Shown here: piece after piece, positions 1 through 7,203 of the stretch
Layout of the letters: the number at the start of each line of letters is the position of its first letter
Numbering within the stretch: position 1 is the stretch's first letter
DNA from: a virus
Virus record (IMG/VR): IMGVR_UViG_3300017971_000033
Length of the DNA stretch: 64,000 nt
Strand: one strand, 5' to 3'
Made by a program: the position numbers and the translations under genes
Notes under the pieces: model-generated
Database searches by the model: none
The model's input: the letters and a program-made list of their open reading frames with translations, nothing else
Told to the model about the DNA's origin: nothing

Positions 1-1
1 T

Positions 2-166
2 GAAATCTTCCGGGAAGGAATACTGGCAAAGGAAGCCGAGGCAGGCGTGGAGTTTAGTGTAGCTGATGCGATGTATCATGCAGTCCGCATAGGCGGTTGG
101 GGAGGCTGGGGAAGCCGGTCTCACGACAAGCCAAAAGCGGATCCTTATGCGTGGCCGGTTGAATAA
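2..166 (+). CDS. 3' end of a CDS that starts upstream of the window (last 54 aa); function unknown
   Basis: Frame is open from the window edge to TAA 164-166. Translation ...VADAMYHAVRIGGWGGWGSRSHDKPKADPYAWPVE is protein-like. Absent from the ORF track because there is no start codon in the window. Confidence 0.45.
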   Translation, partial: EIFREGILAKEAEAGVEFSVADAMYHAVRIGGWGGWGSRSHDKPKADPYAWPVE

Positions 167-254
167 GCATTGGTGGTATGAGTTGGGCGTTAAAATCGCC
201 CTTCTCATTCTTTTGATTTTCGTTGCCATAGCCAAGCTGTCTAGACTCGGTTAG
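147..254 (+). CDS. small membrane protein candidate (35 aa)
   Basis: ATG 147 to TAG 252-254. MRGRLNKHWWYELGVKIALLILLIFVAIAKLSRLG has a basic N-terminus plus one TM helix. Below the ORF-track size cutoff; weak SD. Confidence 0.3.
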   Translation: MRGRLNKHWWYELGVKIALLILLIFVAIAKLSRLG

Positions 255-271
255 CGGCAAGAAGATGGGAT

Positions 272-442
272 ATGAAATTTCATATAGAGAACAGGGTCAC
301 AAGATTATTTGTTGAAGCGGTGCTAGAGGTCTTGGTAGCATTGCTATTGATTTATATTTTGTTGATTAGCGGATCATGTTTATGGCACAAGATCCATGAC
401 ACTTGCCCATTCAAGCAGAAGGTCATCAACATGCTTGAGTAG
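272..442 (+). CDS. small membrane protein candidate (56 aa)
   Basis: ATG 272 to TAG 440-442. MKFHIENRVTRLFVEAVLEVLVALLLIYILLISGSCLWHK... has one TM helix. Weak SD. Confidence 0.35.
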   Translation: MKFHIENRVTRLFVEAVLEVLVALLLIYILLISGSCLWHKIHDTCPFKQKVINMLE

Positions 443-489
443 GGTTTCAGCTACGGTAGAGGGCTGTAGCTTAAAACGAAGGAGTGGTT

Positions 490-1800
490 ATGAAGTATGA
501 TGAAGAAGAGATCCTGCGACGGGATCAGGAATATATACAGATTTGCCGTGAGTCGAATTCCGCAGCGGAGGCGATGAAAAAACTCGGGCTAAAGGATACC
601 CGGAATTTCCGCAGGCGTCGGCAGCGATTGGAACATAAATACGGGATAGAACTCCCGCGCTGGACTGGCAACGAAGGCCGCCCCGGATACGAGCCGGCAG
701 AAAAGCCCGAACAATCAGCAGAAGTAGAAAAAGAAAGCCTTTCACTAACCACAACACTCAAGCAGAGAATTAACCAGCAGTCGGCTGAAATTCAGCTACT
801 CCGTGAGCAAGCCGCAAATACCGCCGAACTAAAGAAACTTATTCACGGATGCCTTGAGCGTGACAAAGACATCCCTGATTGGGTTTATACCAAGCCGAAA
901 AGCCGCGCAATGTCGCACGGTGTTCCGACGCTATTCCTTTCAGACTTGCATTGGGATGAGATCGTCACGCCGTCACAGATCAACTTTGTCAACGAGTTTA
1001 ACCGGGACATTGCCATCCAGCGGTTGAAGCGGACGGTTGACACAACCGTATTCTTGTCGAAAGAAGTCTTGTCACAATCGCCATACGAGGGCATTGTGCT
1101 TGCGCTTGGTGGTGATATGTTTTCGGGGTATATCCATGACGAGCTACGTGAGAACAAATCCGGGCCGATTTACGAGGGGCTTATAAACCAGCTCGACAAC
1201 TTAACCGCGGCCATCAATGTGCTTGCTGATGAATTCGGTCAAGTCTTTGTTCCTTGCGTGACTGGTAATCATGGGCGCATCGACAGGAAGCCGCGCGCGA
1301 AGTATGCAGTTCAAGACAATATCGACTGGCTTCTTTATCAACTTTTAAAGCGGGAGTTTTCAGACAGGAAGGAAGTGCAGTTCTTGATTCCTGATGCCAG
1401 CGACGCGTATTACAGAATCTTTCACGTACGCTACATGCTGACGCATGGCAATCAGTTCAGAGGCGGGACGGGAATTGCGGGACCTGCTACGCCGTGGGCG
1501 TTAGGCGACCACAAGAAGCGCAAGCGGCAGGACGCGATCAACCAACCATATGACACATTGATCTTCGGTCATTGGCATACGCTTGCGTGGGGCATCAATA
1601 ATGCGTATGTCTGCAACGGCAGCTTGAAGGGTTATGATGAATACGCTTACATCAACAATTATCCCTACGAGCCGCCGAAGCAAGCATTATGGTTCACACA
1701 TCCGGAATACGGAATAACGCATCAAATGGCTGTCTATACAGACAAGCCAAAGGAATTCTCTGCGACAAGCTGGGTGTCGGTCATGGAGAATCCCGCATAG
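490..1800 (+). CDS. calcineurin-like metallophosphoesterase with an N-terminal HTH-like region
   Basis: ORF 484-1800. ATG 490 lies 6 nt after GAAGGAG. Motifs LSDLHWDE, GGDMFSG, GNHGR, THGN and GHWH match the five metallophosphoesterase motifs in order. Confidence 0.85.
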   Translation: MKYDEEEILRRDQEYIQICRESNSAAEAMKKLGLKDTRNFRRRRQRLEHKYGIELPRWTGNEGRPGYEPAEKPEQSAEVEKESLSLTTTLKQRINQQSAEIQLLREQAANTAELKKLIHGCLERDKDIPDWVYTKPKSRAMSHGVPTLFLSDLHWDEIVTPSQINFVNEFNRDIAIQRLKRTVDTTVFLSKEVLSQSPYEGIVLALGGDMFSGYIHDELRENKSGPIYEGLINQLDNLTAAINVLADEFGQVFVPCVTGNHGRIDRKPRAKYAVQDNIDWLLYQLLKREFSDRKEVQFLIPDASDAYYRIFHVRYMLTHGNQFRGGTGIAGPATPWALGDHKKRKRQDAINQPYDTLIFGHWHTLAWGINNAYVCNGSLKGYDEYAYINNYPYEPPKQALWFTHPEYGITHQMAVYTDKPKEFSATSWVSVMENPA

Positions 1801-2290
1801 CGTCATAGCGGTTGCGCTGTTCGCGCACAGCACCAGTGTCATGCGTTTGATCTCCGAGGTGCCGTGACTTTCTTTTGCCGCGATATTTTGAATTGACTGT
1901 TATGGTTTTGAGAATGGGGTAATGCTCGCCCTTCTCGATGACCAAGCACATCCCTTGCCATCGGTATTTATCCGGGCCAACCTTATCCCTATTCTTTAAG
2001 GCTTCCGAGGTCATCCGTGCGAGCCACGTAGCAAGACCTTCATCCTCCATCATGGTTCTATGCCATATCCTGATAGCGCGGATAGAGGCGCGGTCAATAG
2101 CGTGGCGCGTAACCTCGACATCAGGGAGCTTCTCGCAGCCTCTACGGATCAATTCGGCTTTAGCATACTCGTTCATAGGTGCGCCGTTATTCACCATCCA
2201 GCGGAGATAAGAAAGCGGCAGGCGCGTAAACAGTTCGCCAGCGTGCTTGCCGTAATTAATCTTTACGTGGTGAGTATTGATCTCGTCCAT
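1781..2290 (-). CDS. hypothetical protein with DUF3820-like N-terminus
   Basis: YGKHAGELFTRLPLSYLRWMV resembles the GKYKG..P..YLxW motif of DUF3820 / ExoX C-terminal-like proteins. Last gene of the leftward arm; convergent 20-nt overlap with 490-1800. Confidence 0.7.
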   Translation of the reverse strand: MDEINTHHVKINYGKHAGELFTRLPLSYLRWMVNNGAPMNEYAKAELIRRGCEKLPDVEVTRHAIDRASIRAIRIWHRTMMEDEGLATWLARMTSEALKNRDKVGPDKYRWQGMCLVIEKGEHYPILKTITVNSKYRGKRKSRHLGDQTHDTGAVREQRNRYDAMRDSP

Positions 2291-2291
2291 A

Positions 2292-2642
2292 TCAAATGTC
2301 CTTTAGGTAAAAGGAATTCGATGCGCGCGGAAGGATCATTGCGGATCCGTTTGTATAGACACGCAGGTGCGTTCCGATATGGCCGTCCTTTACTAATGAA
2401 ACTTCGACGCCGGCCCTTTGTCCGAGTTGCCATTTAATGCTGCACCTCTCGGGAAGGTGGATAGGATCCACGGTAAAGCTGTCAAGCATAGTAATCGGGG
2501 ATTCTTTATGCTCGCCTTCAAGCACCTGTATACTTTCCTGCAATTCCTTAACATGAGCGACGAGCCCCATTATCTGCTCTTGCGCCCAAACCGGGAGTTT
2601 TGTGTGGCGGTCATTCAGTTGTGTGTAGTCTATCATTTTCAT
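2292..2642 (-). CDS. hypothetical protein
   Basis: ORF track; same-strand packing (stop 2292, next start 2290); protein-like composition. Confidence 0.8.
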   Translation of the reverse strand: MKMIDYTQLNDRHTKLPVWAQEQIMGLVAHVKELQESIQVLEGEHKESPITMLDSFTVDPIHLPERCSIKWQLGQRAGVEVSLVKDGHIGTHLRVYTNGSAMILPRASNSFYLKDI

Positions 2643-2658
2643 ATTCCTCTTGATGGCT

Positions 2659-2686
2659 AAATCAATAAAGCCGCCCGAAGGCGGCT
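2659..2686 (-). terminator. intrinsic terminator-like hairpin (minus sense AGCCGCC-UUCG-GGCGGCU followed by UUAUUGAUUU)
   Basis: 7-bp GC stem 2669-2675/2680-2686 with a UUCG loop in minus sense, followed by a U-rich tract. Lies between two minus-strand genes. Confidence 0.55.
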
Positions 2687-2701
2687 CGCTTGATTTATAG
2701 G

Positions 2702-2842
2702 TTAATCGGTTGGAGGATTTCTCGGCTTTTTGCGGTTTGCGCGGATCTCAGCAAGCCTCAAGCGTTGCTTTAGCAATTCGATTTTCATTTTGAGGCGAGT
2801 GATCTCATCATTCTTTCTGACGCAATGCGGACAATAAGCCAT
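2702..2842 (-). CDS. small CxxC / coiled-coil protein (46 aa)
   Basis: ATG 2842 preceded by GGGAGA. MAYCPHCVRKNDEITRLKMKIELLKQRLRLAEIRANRKKPRNPPTD. Below the ORF-track cutoff; fills an otherwise empty 250-nt gap. Confidence 0.45.
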   Translation of the reverse strand: MAYCPHCVRKNDEITRLKMKIELLKQRLRLAEIRANRKKPRNPPTD

Positions 2843-2891
2843 GACATTCTCCCGGAACAAAAAACAATTCCGTGTATTTTACAGTCGAAGG

Positions 2892-3272
2892 CTATTCAGA
2901 TTTGTGTTGGTAATCGCAATCTTTACGGATGGCTTGCTCCAAAAGCGCGTCAACCAGTTTCCTGTCGCGCGCTGCTTGGATCTTGTTAATTGCCTCGGGT
3001 GACAGCCCCGGAGCAATCAGCGTAGAGATAAGGTCAAACAGCTTTAAACACTCCCGCCCGTAGAATTCCTTTTCAGCAGAATTCCTGACGGCGATAAACT
3101 GCCACTGCAAATCCTCCTCACCCCATTCCTCTATGCCAACCTTGTAGAGTTTCCCGAAGAACTTAACCATTTGCTCCTCGTCATATTCGGCAAAGATCTC
3201 AGCCAACTGCTCCGGGGTGATTTGCCTTGCTAGTGCGGCAATGCTTACGGTGACATTTACGTTTAATGACAT
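2892..3272 (-). CDS. hypothetical protein
   Basis: ORF track; GAGGA 6 nt upstream of ATG 3272. Confidence 0.85.
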   Translation of the reverse strand: MSLNVNVTVSIAALARQITPEQLAEIFAEYDEEQMVKFFGKLYKVGIEEWGEEDLQWQFIAVRNSAEKEFYGRECLKLFDLISTLIAPGLSPEAINKIQAARDRKLVDALLEQAIRKDCDYQHKSE

Positions 3273-3281
3273 GGCGCATCC

Positions 3282-3458
3282 TCAATGTAATTGTTGCTCG
3301 GACAATACCGCTTCTTCCGGGTGGCCGAAAACAACAGAACCTTTGAATCCGTTGGCGAGCTGGATAGCCTCAACGGCGTTAAAGCACTTCTGCGCATCCT
3401 CTTCATTTTCGCAAATGATAACGGCGACAAAGCGCGGCGGTATGGTTTCATCGGTCAA
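3282..3458 (-). CDS. hypothetical protein (58 aa, TTG start)
   Basis: My own translation: (TTG)MTDETIPPRFVAVIICENEEDAQKCFNAVEAIQLANGFKGSVVFGHPEEAVLSEQQLH. GGAGGA lies 8 nt upstream of TTG 3458. Much more protein-like than the listed overlapping 62-aa ORF 3263-3451. Confidence 0.55.
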   Translation of the reverse strand: MTDETIPPRFVAVIICENEEDAQKCFNAVEAIQLANGFKGSVVFGHPEEAVLSEQQLH

Positions 3459-3819
3459 TGCTGTAGTCCTCCATCAGTTTGTCTAAGCCAGTACGGAAGT
3501 CCTCGATCGCCTCGTATTCCCGGAGCTTGCGCTTCATGCGGCGATAGCTTGCGCGGAGTTGCTGGATAACCTTGGCTCGGTGACTGCTTACCGAAACGAC
3601 AGAATCCATTTGCGCCATATATTCAACGCATGTTTGCTCGTAGTCCTCGACTACATCTTGGAAGGCCTCTATGACGCCTTGCGCGTGTTTTACGATTGTC
3701 ACACGCGGAAGATCGACATTGGCGCGGTAGACATTGCTATACCAAGCATCGAGCGCTTGGTTGAGTGCCTGTTCGGCATCGGTTTGCTGATCAGTAGACA
3801 TTGCGTTTGCTCCAATCAC
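3448..3819 (-). CDS. hypothetical protein
   Basis: ORF track; protein-like; coupled to neighbours. Confidence 0.85.
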   Translation of the reverse strand: MIGANAMSTDQQTDAEQALNQALDAWYSNVYRANVDLPRVTIVKHAQGVIEAFQDVVEDYEQTCVEYMAQMDSVVSVSSHRAKVIQQLRASYRRMKRKLREYEAIEDFRTGLDKLMEDYSIDR

Positions 3820-4063
3820 ACGTCATGCCGACGCTGGAAAAATCCCAATTAGACGTTGCAAGGCATGGCATACCGTCGATGGTGAATTCATACATCCTCA
3901 CCTTCTTCGGCATGATGTTGGTTTTGGCCAACCCCTCACTGATCAAGTTAATTGGCACTTTGGCATGAACGTTTTCCGCGAATGTAAAGCAAATGATTGC
4001 CACGAGTCCAAACAACACAGCAGCAAGGATGCCGACGAGTAACAGTTCAGCTAATCGCTTCAT
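3791..4063 (-). CDS. membrane-anchored hypothetical protein (90 aa)
   Basis: Internal start MKRLAELLLVGILAAVLFGLVAIICF... at 4063, preceded by GAGGAAG. The 59 aa upstream in the listed ORF 3791-4240 are R/S-rich and overlap gene 4047-4298. Confidence 0.7.
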   Translation of the reverse strand: MKRLAELLLVGILAAVLFGLVAIICFTFAENVHAKVPINLISEGLAKTNIMPKKVRMYEFTIDGMPCLATSNWDFSSVGMTCDWSKRNVY

Positions 4064-4298
4064 TGATTTCTTCCTCTGTGAGATCACTATCGACGGGGAT
4101 GACGCCGCGCGGGAAGTGCTCCATGTTCGGCGGCTTGTTGTAATACTCAAAACAGAACTTTGTCCCGAATACCTCGAAGGCACGGCTGCGCCCTTCTCCT
4201 GCATTAGGCGCTCGCAGGACGGCAACGCAGTCCTTGTCAAAGGTCTTTCCGTTTACTGAGTGGACATGCTCTTGTCCAAAGGTGACAAATGTAAACAT
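4047..4298 (-). CDS. hypothetical protein
   Basis: ORF track; protein-like composition. Confidence 0.8.
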   Translation of the reverse strand: MFTFVTFGQEHVHSVNGKTFDKDCVAVLRAPNAGEGRSRAFEVFGTKFCFEYYNKPPNMEHFPRGVIPVDSDLTEEEINEAIS

Positions 4299-4303
4299 AG
4301 CTA

Positions 4304-4507
4304 TTACTCCCTCGTTATGGTCGGTCGGCTTGGATCTCTATATGCCATCTCCATCCAGCCGCGTTTTGTCTTAGACACCTTTAACACAAGCACACAGTTA
4401 AAGAGGTCATGGTAGTTGCCGTTGTAAGGCTTGACGGCAAGAACTTCTGTCTCTTGGCAACCGGCTTCACTCCACCACACCGGCACAAGGTCTCCCGGTT
4501 TTATCAT
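4304..4507 (-). CDS. hypothetical protein
   Basis: ORF track; start overlaps the stop of the upstream gene (ATGA). Confidence 0.8.
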   Translation of the reverse strand: MIKPGDLVPVWWSEAGCQETEVLAVKPYNGNYHDLFNCVLVLKVSKTKRGWMEMAYRDPSRPTITRE

Positions 4508-5082
4508 TGTTTACCTCCTTCGTTAATGAGGCCCATTACCTCTCTTGCTTCTTTGCATAGGTACCTAACCCACAACAACTCACCAGTCCCGGGATAGGTA
4601 TCAAGCCGACTTTCAATGTCTCCGCTACCGTGCCCGTTCATGTAAGCGGTCTTGAGCGATTGCGCCAGCATGGCATGATTAAACTTGCGAAGCCGCTCCT
4701 CGTGCATGGCGATTACCTTCTGTTGTTTGTTGCGGTAATCCTCAACCTCTTTAAGCCTGCAAGTCAGGTAATCAATCTCACTCATTAGTGCATCGGTTCT
4801 TGGTACCCGCTGGCCTCGACCGCAACAGTTTGTATATTCAAATATACTATTCAGACTCAAGAAATATTCATGAACAAACTCAGGGGCGGGCTTGCGGAAA
4901 AATCGCTTGATTATAATTTCGATGTACAAGGATGCCTTGTCATTTTCTACACGTATTTTCCAGCGACCTGTCAAGTCGGCTGGATCTACTTCCTTCCAGA
5001 CTATCACGTCATCGTTTGTATCTGCGTTCCTCATCAGTTTCCACATAAGATCTTCCTCTTTAAAGAAGGCCGCGACAGGCAC
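4504..5082 (-). CDS. hypothetical protein (start uncertain; possibly M13)
   Basis: ORF track. Contains one copy of the 16-bp palindromic core at 4832-4847. Confidence 0.8.
   Translation of the reverse strand: MPVAAFFKEEDLMWKLMRNADTNDDVIVWKEVDPADLTGRWKIRVENDKASLYIEIIIKRFFRKPAPEFVHEYFLSLNSIFEYTNCCGRGQRVPRTDALMSEIDYLTCRLKEVEDYRNKQQKVIAMHEERLRKFNHAMLAQSLKTAYMNGHGSGDIESRLDTYPGTGELLWVRYLCKEAREVMGLINEGGKQ
4831..4848. promoter_or_regulatory. copy 2 of the palindromic motif GTATATTTGAATATACAA (read on the minus strand)
   Basis: Exact 18-nt identity with the site at 19047-19064. Lies inside a CDS. Confidence 0.45.
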
Positions 5083-5150
5083 CGACAGGTAGGGAGGGAA
5101 CCTGTCAGTGATCGTACGCCAATACGTCTACCCTGCCGCAGCCAAACCGG

Positions 5151-5306
5151 TTAAGCGCAAAGGTCTTTGAGAACCTCGTGAATTGTATCGAAGCAATCCA
5201 AGATCGCTTCATTTTGCTGCGGTGAACATTGCGCCCACCGATGCGCCTCAGATATATGCTCGGACAACTCATTGAGCAGATCTGCAAGTTCCGTTGTGCT
5301 GCTCAT
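5151..5306 (-). CDS. hypothetical protein (51 aa)
   Basis: Start MSSTTELADLL... at 5306, preceded by CAGGAGG. Abuts the stop of 5308-5523. Confidence 0.6.
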   Translation of the reverse strand: MSSTTELADLLNELSEHISEAHRWAQCSPQQNEAILDCFDTIHEVLKDLCA

Positions 5307-5307
5307 A

Positions 5308-5523
5308 TCAACCTCCTGCCAGCTTGCCACCATACGGTTGCTGATCGTCATCGACGTATGCGTCTACACATTCCCATGCAATCTTCAACATATTTACATC
5401 AGCCAGTGGCTCATGATGCAAGGCAAGTGCTATAGCATTGTCCCTGTTGCTTGAGTGTCGGTAAGCGAAGTTCATGACTACCGATATTACTTCCCATTCT
5501 CTTTCATCGAATTCCATATTCAT
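5308..5523 (-). CDS. hypothetical protein
   Basis: ORF track. Start region carries the repeated TTTGGAGAGATGA(A)TATG cassette. Confidence 0.75.
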   Translation of the reverse strand: MNMEFDEREWEVISVVMNFAYRHSSNRDNAIALALHHEPLADVNMLKIAWECVDAYVDDDQQPYGGKLAGG

Positions 5524-5555
5524 CTCTCCAAATAGGATACTATTTCTCTATCTCC

Positions 5556-5830
5556 TCAGCCGTCGCCGTAGCCGTAGCCGTCACCGTACCCGGAGCCGTT
5601 GTTAAAGACGGAGTCGTACCCGTATCCGTACCCGGAGCCGTAGCCGCCACCGTAGCCGTAGCCGTAGCCGGAGCCGTCGCCGTAGCCGTAGCCGTAGGTG
5701 TAGCCGTCGCCGTAGCCGGAGCCGTAGGTGTAGCCGTACCCGTACCCGTATCCGTACCCGGAGCCGTTGTTAAAGACGGAGTCGTAGCCGTTGCCGAAGC
5801 TGGAGCCGTAGCCGTAGCCGGAGCCGGAGC
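5556..5830. repeat. hexanucleotide-type repeat tract (GTAGCC / GTACCC variants) encoding the GY repeats
   Basis: Runs of ccgtagccgtagcc and ccgtacccgta are visible directly in the sequence. Confidence 0.8.
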
Positions 5831-5843
5831 CGTCGCTATTCAT
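5556..5843 (-). CDS. Gly/Tyr-repeat low-complexity protein (95 aa)
   Basis: Start [13 protein letters not shown]... at 5843 overlaps the stop of the upstream gene (ATGAATAG). Almost entirely GYGYG repeats, with [12 protein letters not shown] occurring twice. No signal peptide. Confidence 0.6.
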   Translation of the reverse strand: MNSDGSGSGYGYGSSFGNGYDSVFNNGSGYGYGYGYGYTYGSGYGDGYTYGYGYGDGSGYGYGYGGGYGSGYGYGYDSVFNNGSGYGDGYGYGDG

Positions 5844-6162
5844 CCCAATCCCCAAGAGGATAAAAAAACATTGGGGTCTCAAGAACAACTTCTCCAATAC
5901 TGTCTATGCGATCGTCACCTACCGGGCCATTCTTTGCGAACTCAGGCAAGCCCCCTTCACGCTTTGACCAATACCGCAGGTTGCTGGCATCCTTCAGAAA
6001 TAGATAGCCGCCTTGTTGCCATAACAGGCCGAAGTGGATAAATCCATGCGGCATGATGGCCAATACCCGCCTGCCGTGGTATGGATGGCGATTACTATCA
6101 GTAGATGTATTGCTTGATTCCTGACACAACAATTCCCGTAGATCATTCATTGATAATTCCAT
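5836..6162 (-). CDS. hypothetical protein
   Basis: ORF track. Start preceded by the repeated TTTGGAGAGATGATATG cassette. Confidence 0.8.
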   Translation of the reverse strand: MELSMNDLRELLCQESSNTSTDSNRHPYHGRRVLAIMPHGFIHFGLLWQQGGYLFLKDASNLRYWSKREGGLPEFAKNGPVGDDRIDSIGEVVLETPMFFYPLGDWDE

Positions 6163-6163
6163 A

Positions 6164-6311
6164 TCATCTCTCCAAATTTAGTTGTCCAATACGCTCAATT
6201 AGCCGTTCATTCTCCTGCTCCAGTTCGGCGATGCGCTTTTGCAGATCAACAAACAACATAGATGCGCTTTTGCAGATCAACCAACAACATACCAGCTGAC
6301 TGTGTACTCAT
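6164..6311 (-). pseudogene. small coiled-coil ORF interrupted by a 31-bp tandem duplication
   Basis: ATG 6311 reads MSTQSAGMLLVDLQKRI, then shifts frame and stops at 6246. Removing one repeat copy gives MSTQSAGMLLVDLQKRIAELEQENERLIERIGQLNLER*. The duplicated internal ATG at 6259 can still express MLFVDLQKRIAELEQENERLIERIGQLNLER (6164-6259). Confidence 0.45.
6230..6291. repeat. 31-bp direct tandem duplication (2 copies, 1 mismatch)
   Basis: gatgcgcttttgcagatcaacAaacaacata (6230-6260) and gatgcgcttttgcagatcaacCaacaacata (6261-6291). Confidence 0.95.
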
Positions 6312-6312
6312 A

Positions 6313-6513
6313 TCATCTCTCCAAATAGGGCCTTCGAGGTTTCTCCGCGTATTTTCCATCATGCCATCCGGTTACCCACACGCGGTATTTACGCAGCGCA
6401 GACAAGGGCCACTGCCTGTACGGGCAGGGAGCCATTGGCAAGCCCGCCGCTTCACGCCTGCCTGCCGTAAATCCTCTACGGTAAACAATCGGATACGTTC
6501 TCATATCATTCAC
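6313..6513 (-). CDS. ribosome modulation factor (Rmf)-like small protein
   Basis: RGFTAGRREAAGLPMAPCPYRQ...WVTGWHDG parallels E. coli RMF RGYQAG...CPYQ...WLGGWREA. Confidence 0.6.
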   Translation of the reverse strand: MNDMRTYPIVYRRGFTAGRREAAGLPMAPCPYRQWPLSALRKYRVWVTGWHDGKYAEKPRRPYLER

Positions 6514-6773
6514 TCCTGTAAGGCTTTCTTAAAGTGTGTCACCCATTGATTTGTGGTTTGACAATCAAGGTACTCCTGAATAGCTTTTTGTAGCTTCTTG
6601 TTTTTCTGTTCCAATATCGTACAGTCTTGTGCAACTGCATCATATGATGCTTCAAGTTCGACGATGCGCTCTTGCTGTTTTACAATTAGTCGCTGAGTGT
6701 GCAGCTTTCTATCCCAACAATTACACTTTGGGAAAGTACAATCCGCTTCATTGCATGGTGTCGCTATCGCCAT
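6510..6773 (-). CDS. hypothetical Cys-rich / coiled-coil protein
   Basis: ORF track; ATGA-type overlap with the downstream gene. Confidence 0.8.
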   Translation of the reverse strand: MAIATPCNEADCTFPKCNCWDRKLHTQRLIVKQQERIVELEASYDAVAQDCTILEQKNKKLQKAIQEYLDCQTTNQWVTHFKKALQE

Positions 6774-6777
6774 TTAA

Positions 6778-7107
6778 TTAACCTCCATTCGCTATTTGCG
6801 AATTGCGAAACTCCCGCGCCGTCATATAAGCCTGCTTCGGATGGCACTGCCTCATGCGGCGAGCGCACTCCTGATTGCCAATATGCGGCTTGTATTTGTT
6901 ATTGCTAAGCGCAGGCCAGTAGAAGAACCAGCGGTGAGCGCCGGGATCAATCCGGCTTGGCCCGTATTTGAGCGCCTTGTGGATGGCTGGCATCGGCGCA
7001 GTCCCGGAGAGATCTCCGATATTCCACGGATTCAGCCGCCGTAGAGCGCCTGTAAAGGCCGAAAGGCCCGAGCGCCTGTTAAGCCCCATGCTTCCTTTGT
7101 GTGTCAT
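6778..7107 (-). CDS. hypothetical protein
   Basis: ORF track; AGAGGA upstream of ATG 7107. Confidence 0.75.
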   Translation of the reverse strand: MTHKGSMGLNRRSGLSAFTGALRRLNPWNIGDLSGTAPMPAIHKALKYGPSRIDPGAHRWFFYWPALSNNKYKPHIGNQECARRMRQCHPKQAYMTAREFRNSQIANGG

Positions 7108-7140
7108 TTAGGTGTCCTCTGGTTGGTTGAGAGGCAACCT

Positions 7141-7194
7141 GCCGACTAGCGAGTTTACGGTCGCACCGCAGAGGCTCTGATCTAGCCGACAGAT
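7141..7194 (-). other. stem-loop directly downstream of the beta-barrel gene
   Basis: 11-bp stem from ctgccgactag (7141-7151) and ctagccgacag (7184-7194). The two non-WC positions are G-U in minus sense and A-C/C-A in plus sense. Confidence 0.4.
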
Positions 7195-7203
7195 TGCCAT
7201 TAC

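Noticed and set aside
484-489. GTG 484 as the start of the phosphoesterase gene
   Set aside because: ATG 490 has better spacing from the GAAGGAG Shine-Dalgarno sequence. The difference is two codons.
3263-3451. Listed 62-aa minus-strand ORF
   Set aside because: Its composition is R/S/K/L-rich and it has no SD. A neighbouring frame (3282-3458) with a strong SD gives a far more protein-like product.
5556-5843. The GY-repeat tract as a non-coding microsatellite
   Set aside because: The frame is kept open across the whole tract and the start is translationally coupled to the upstream gene. I keep it as coding, with moderate confidence.
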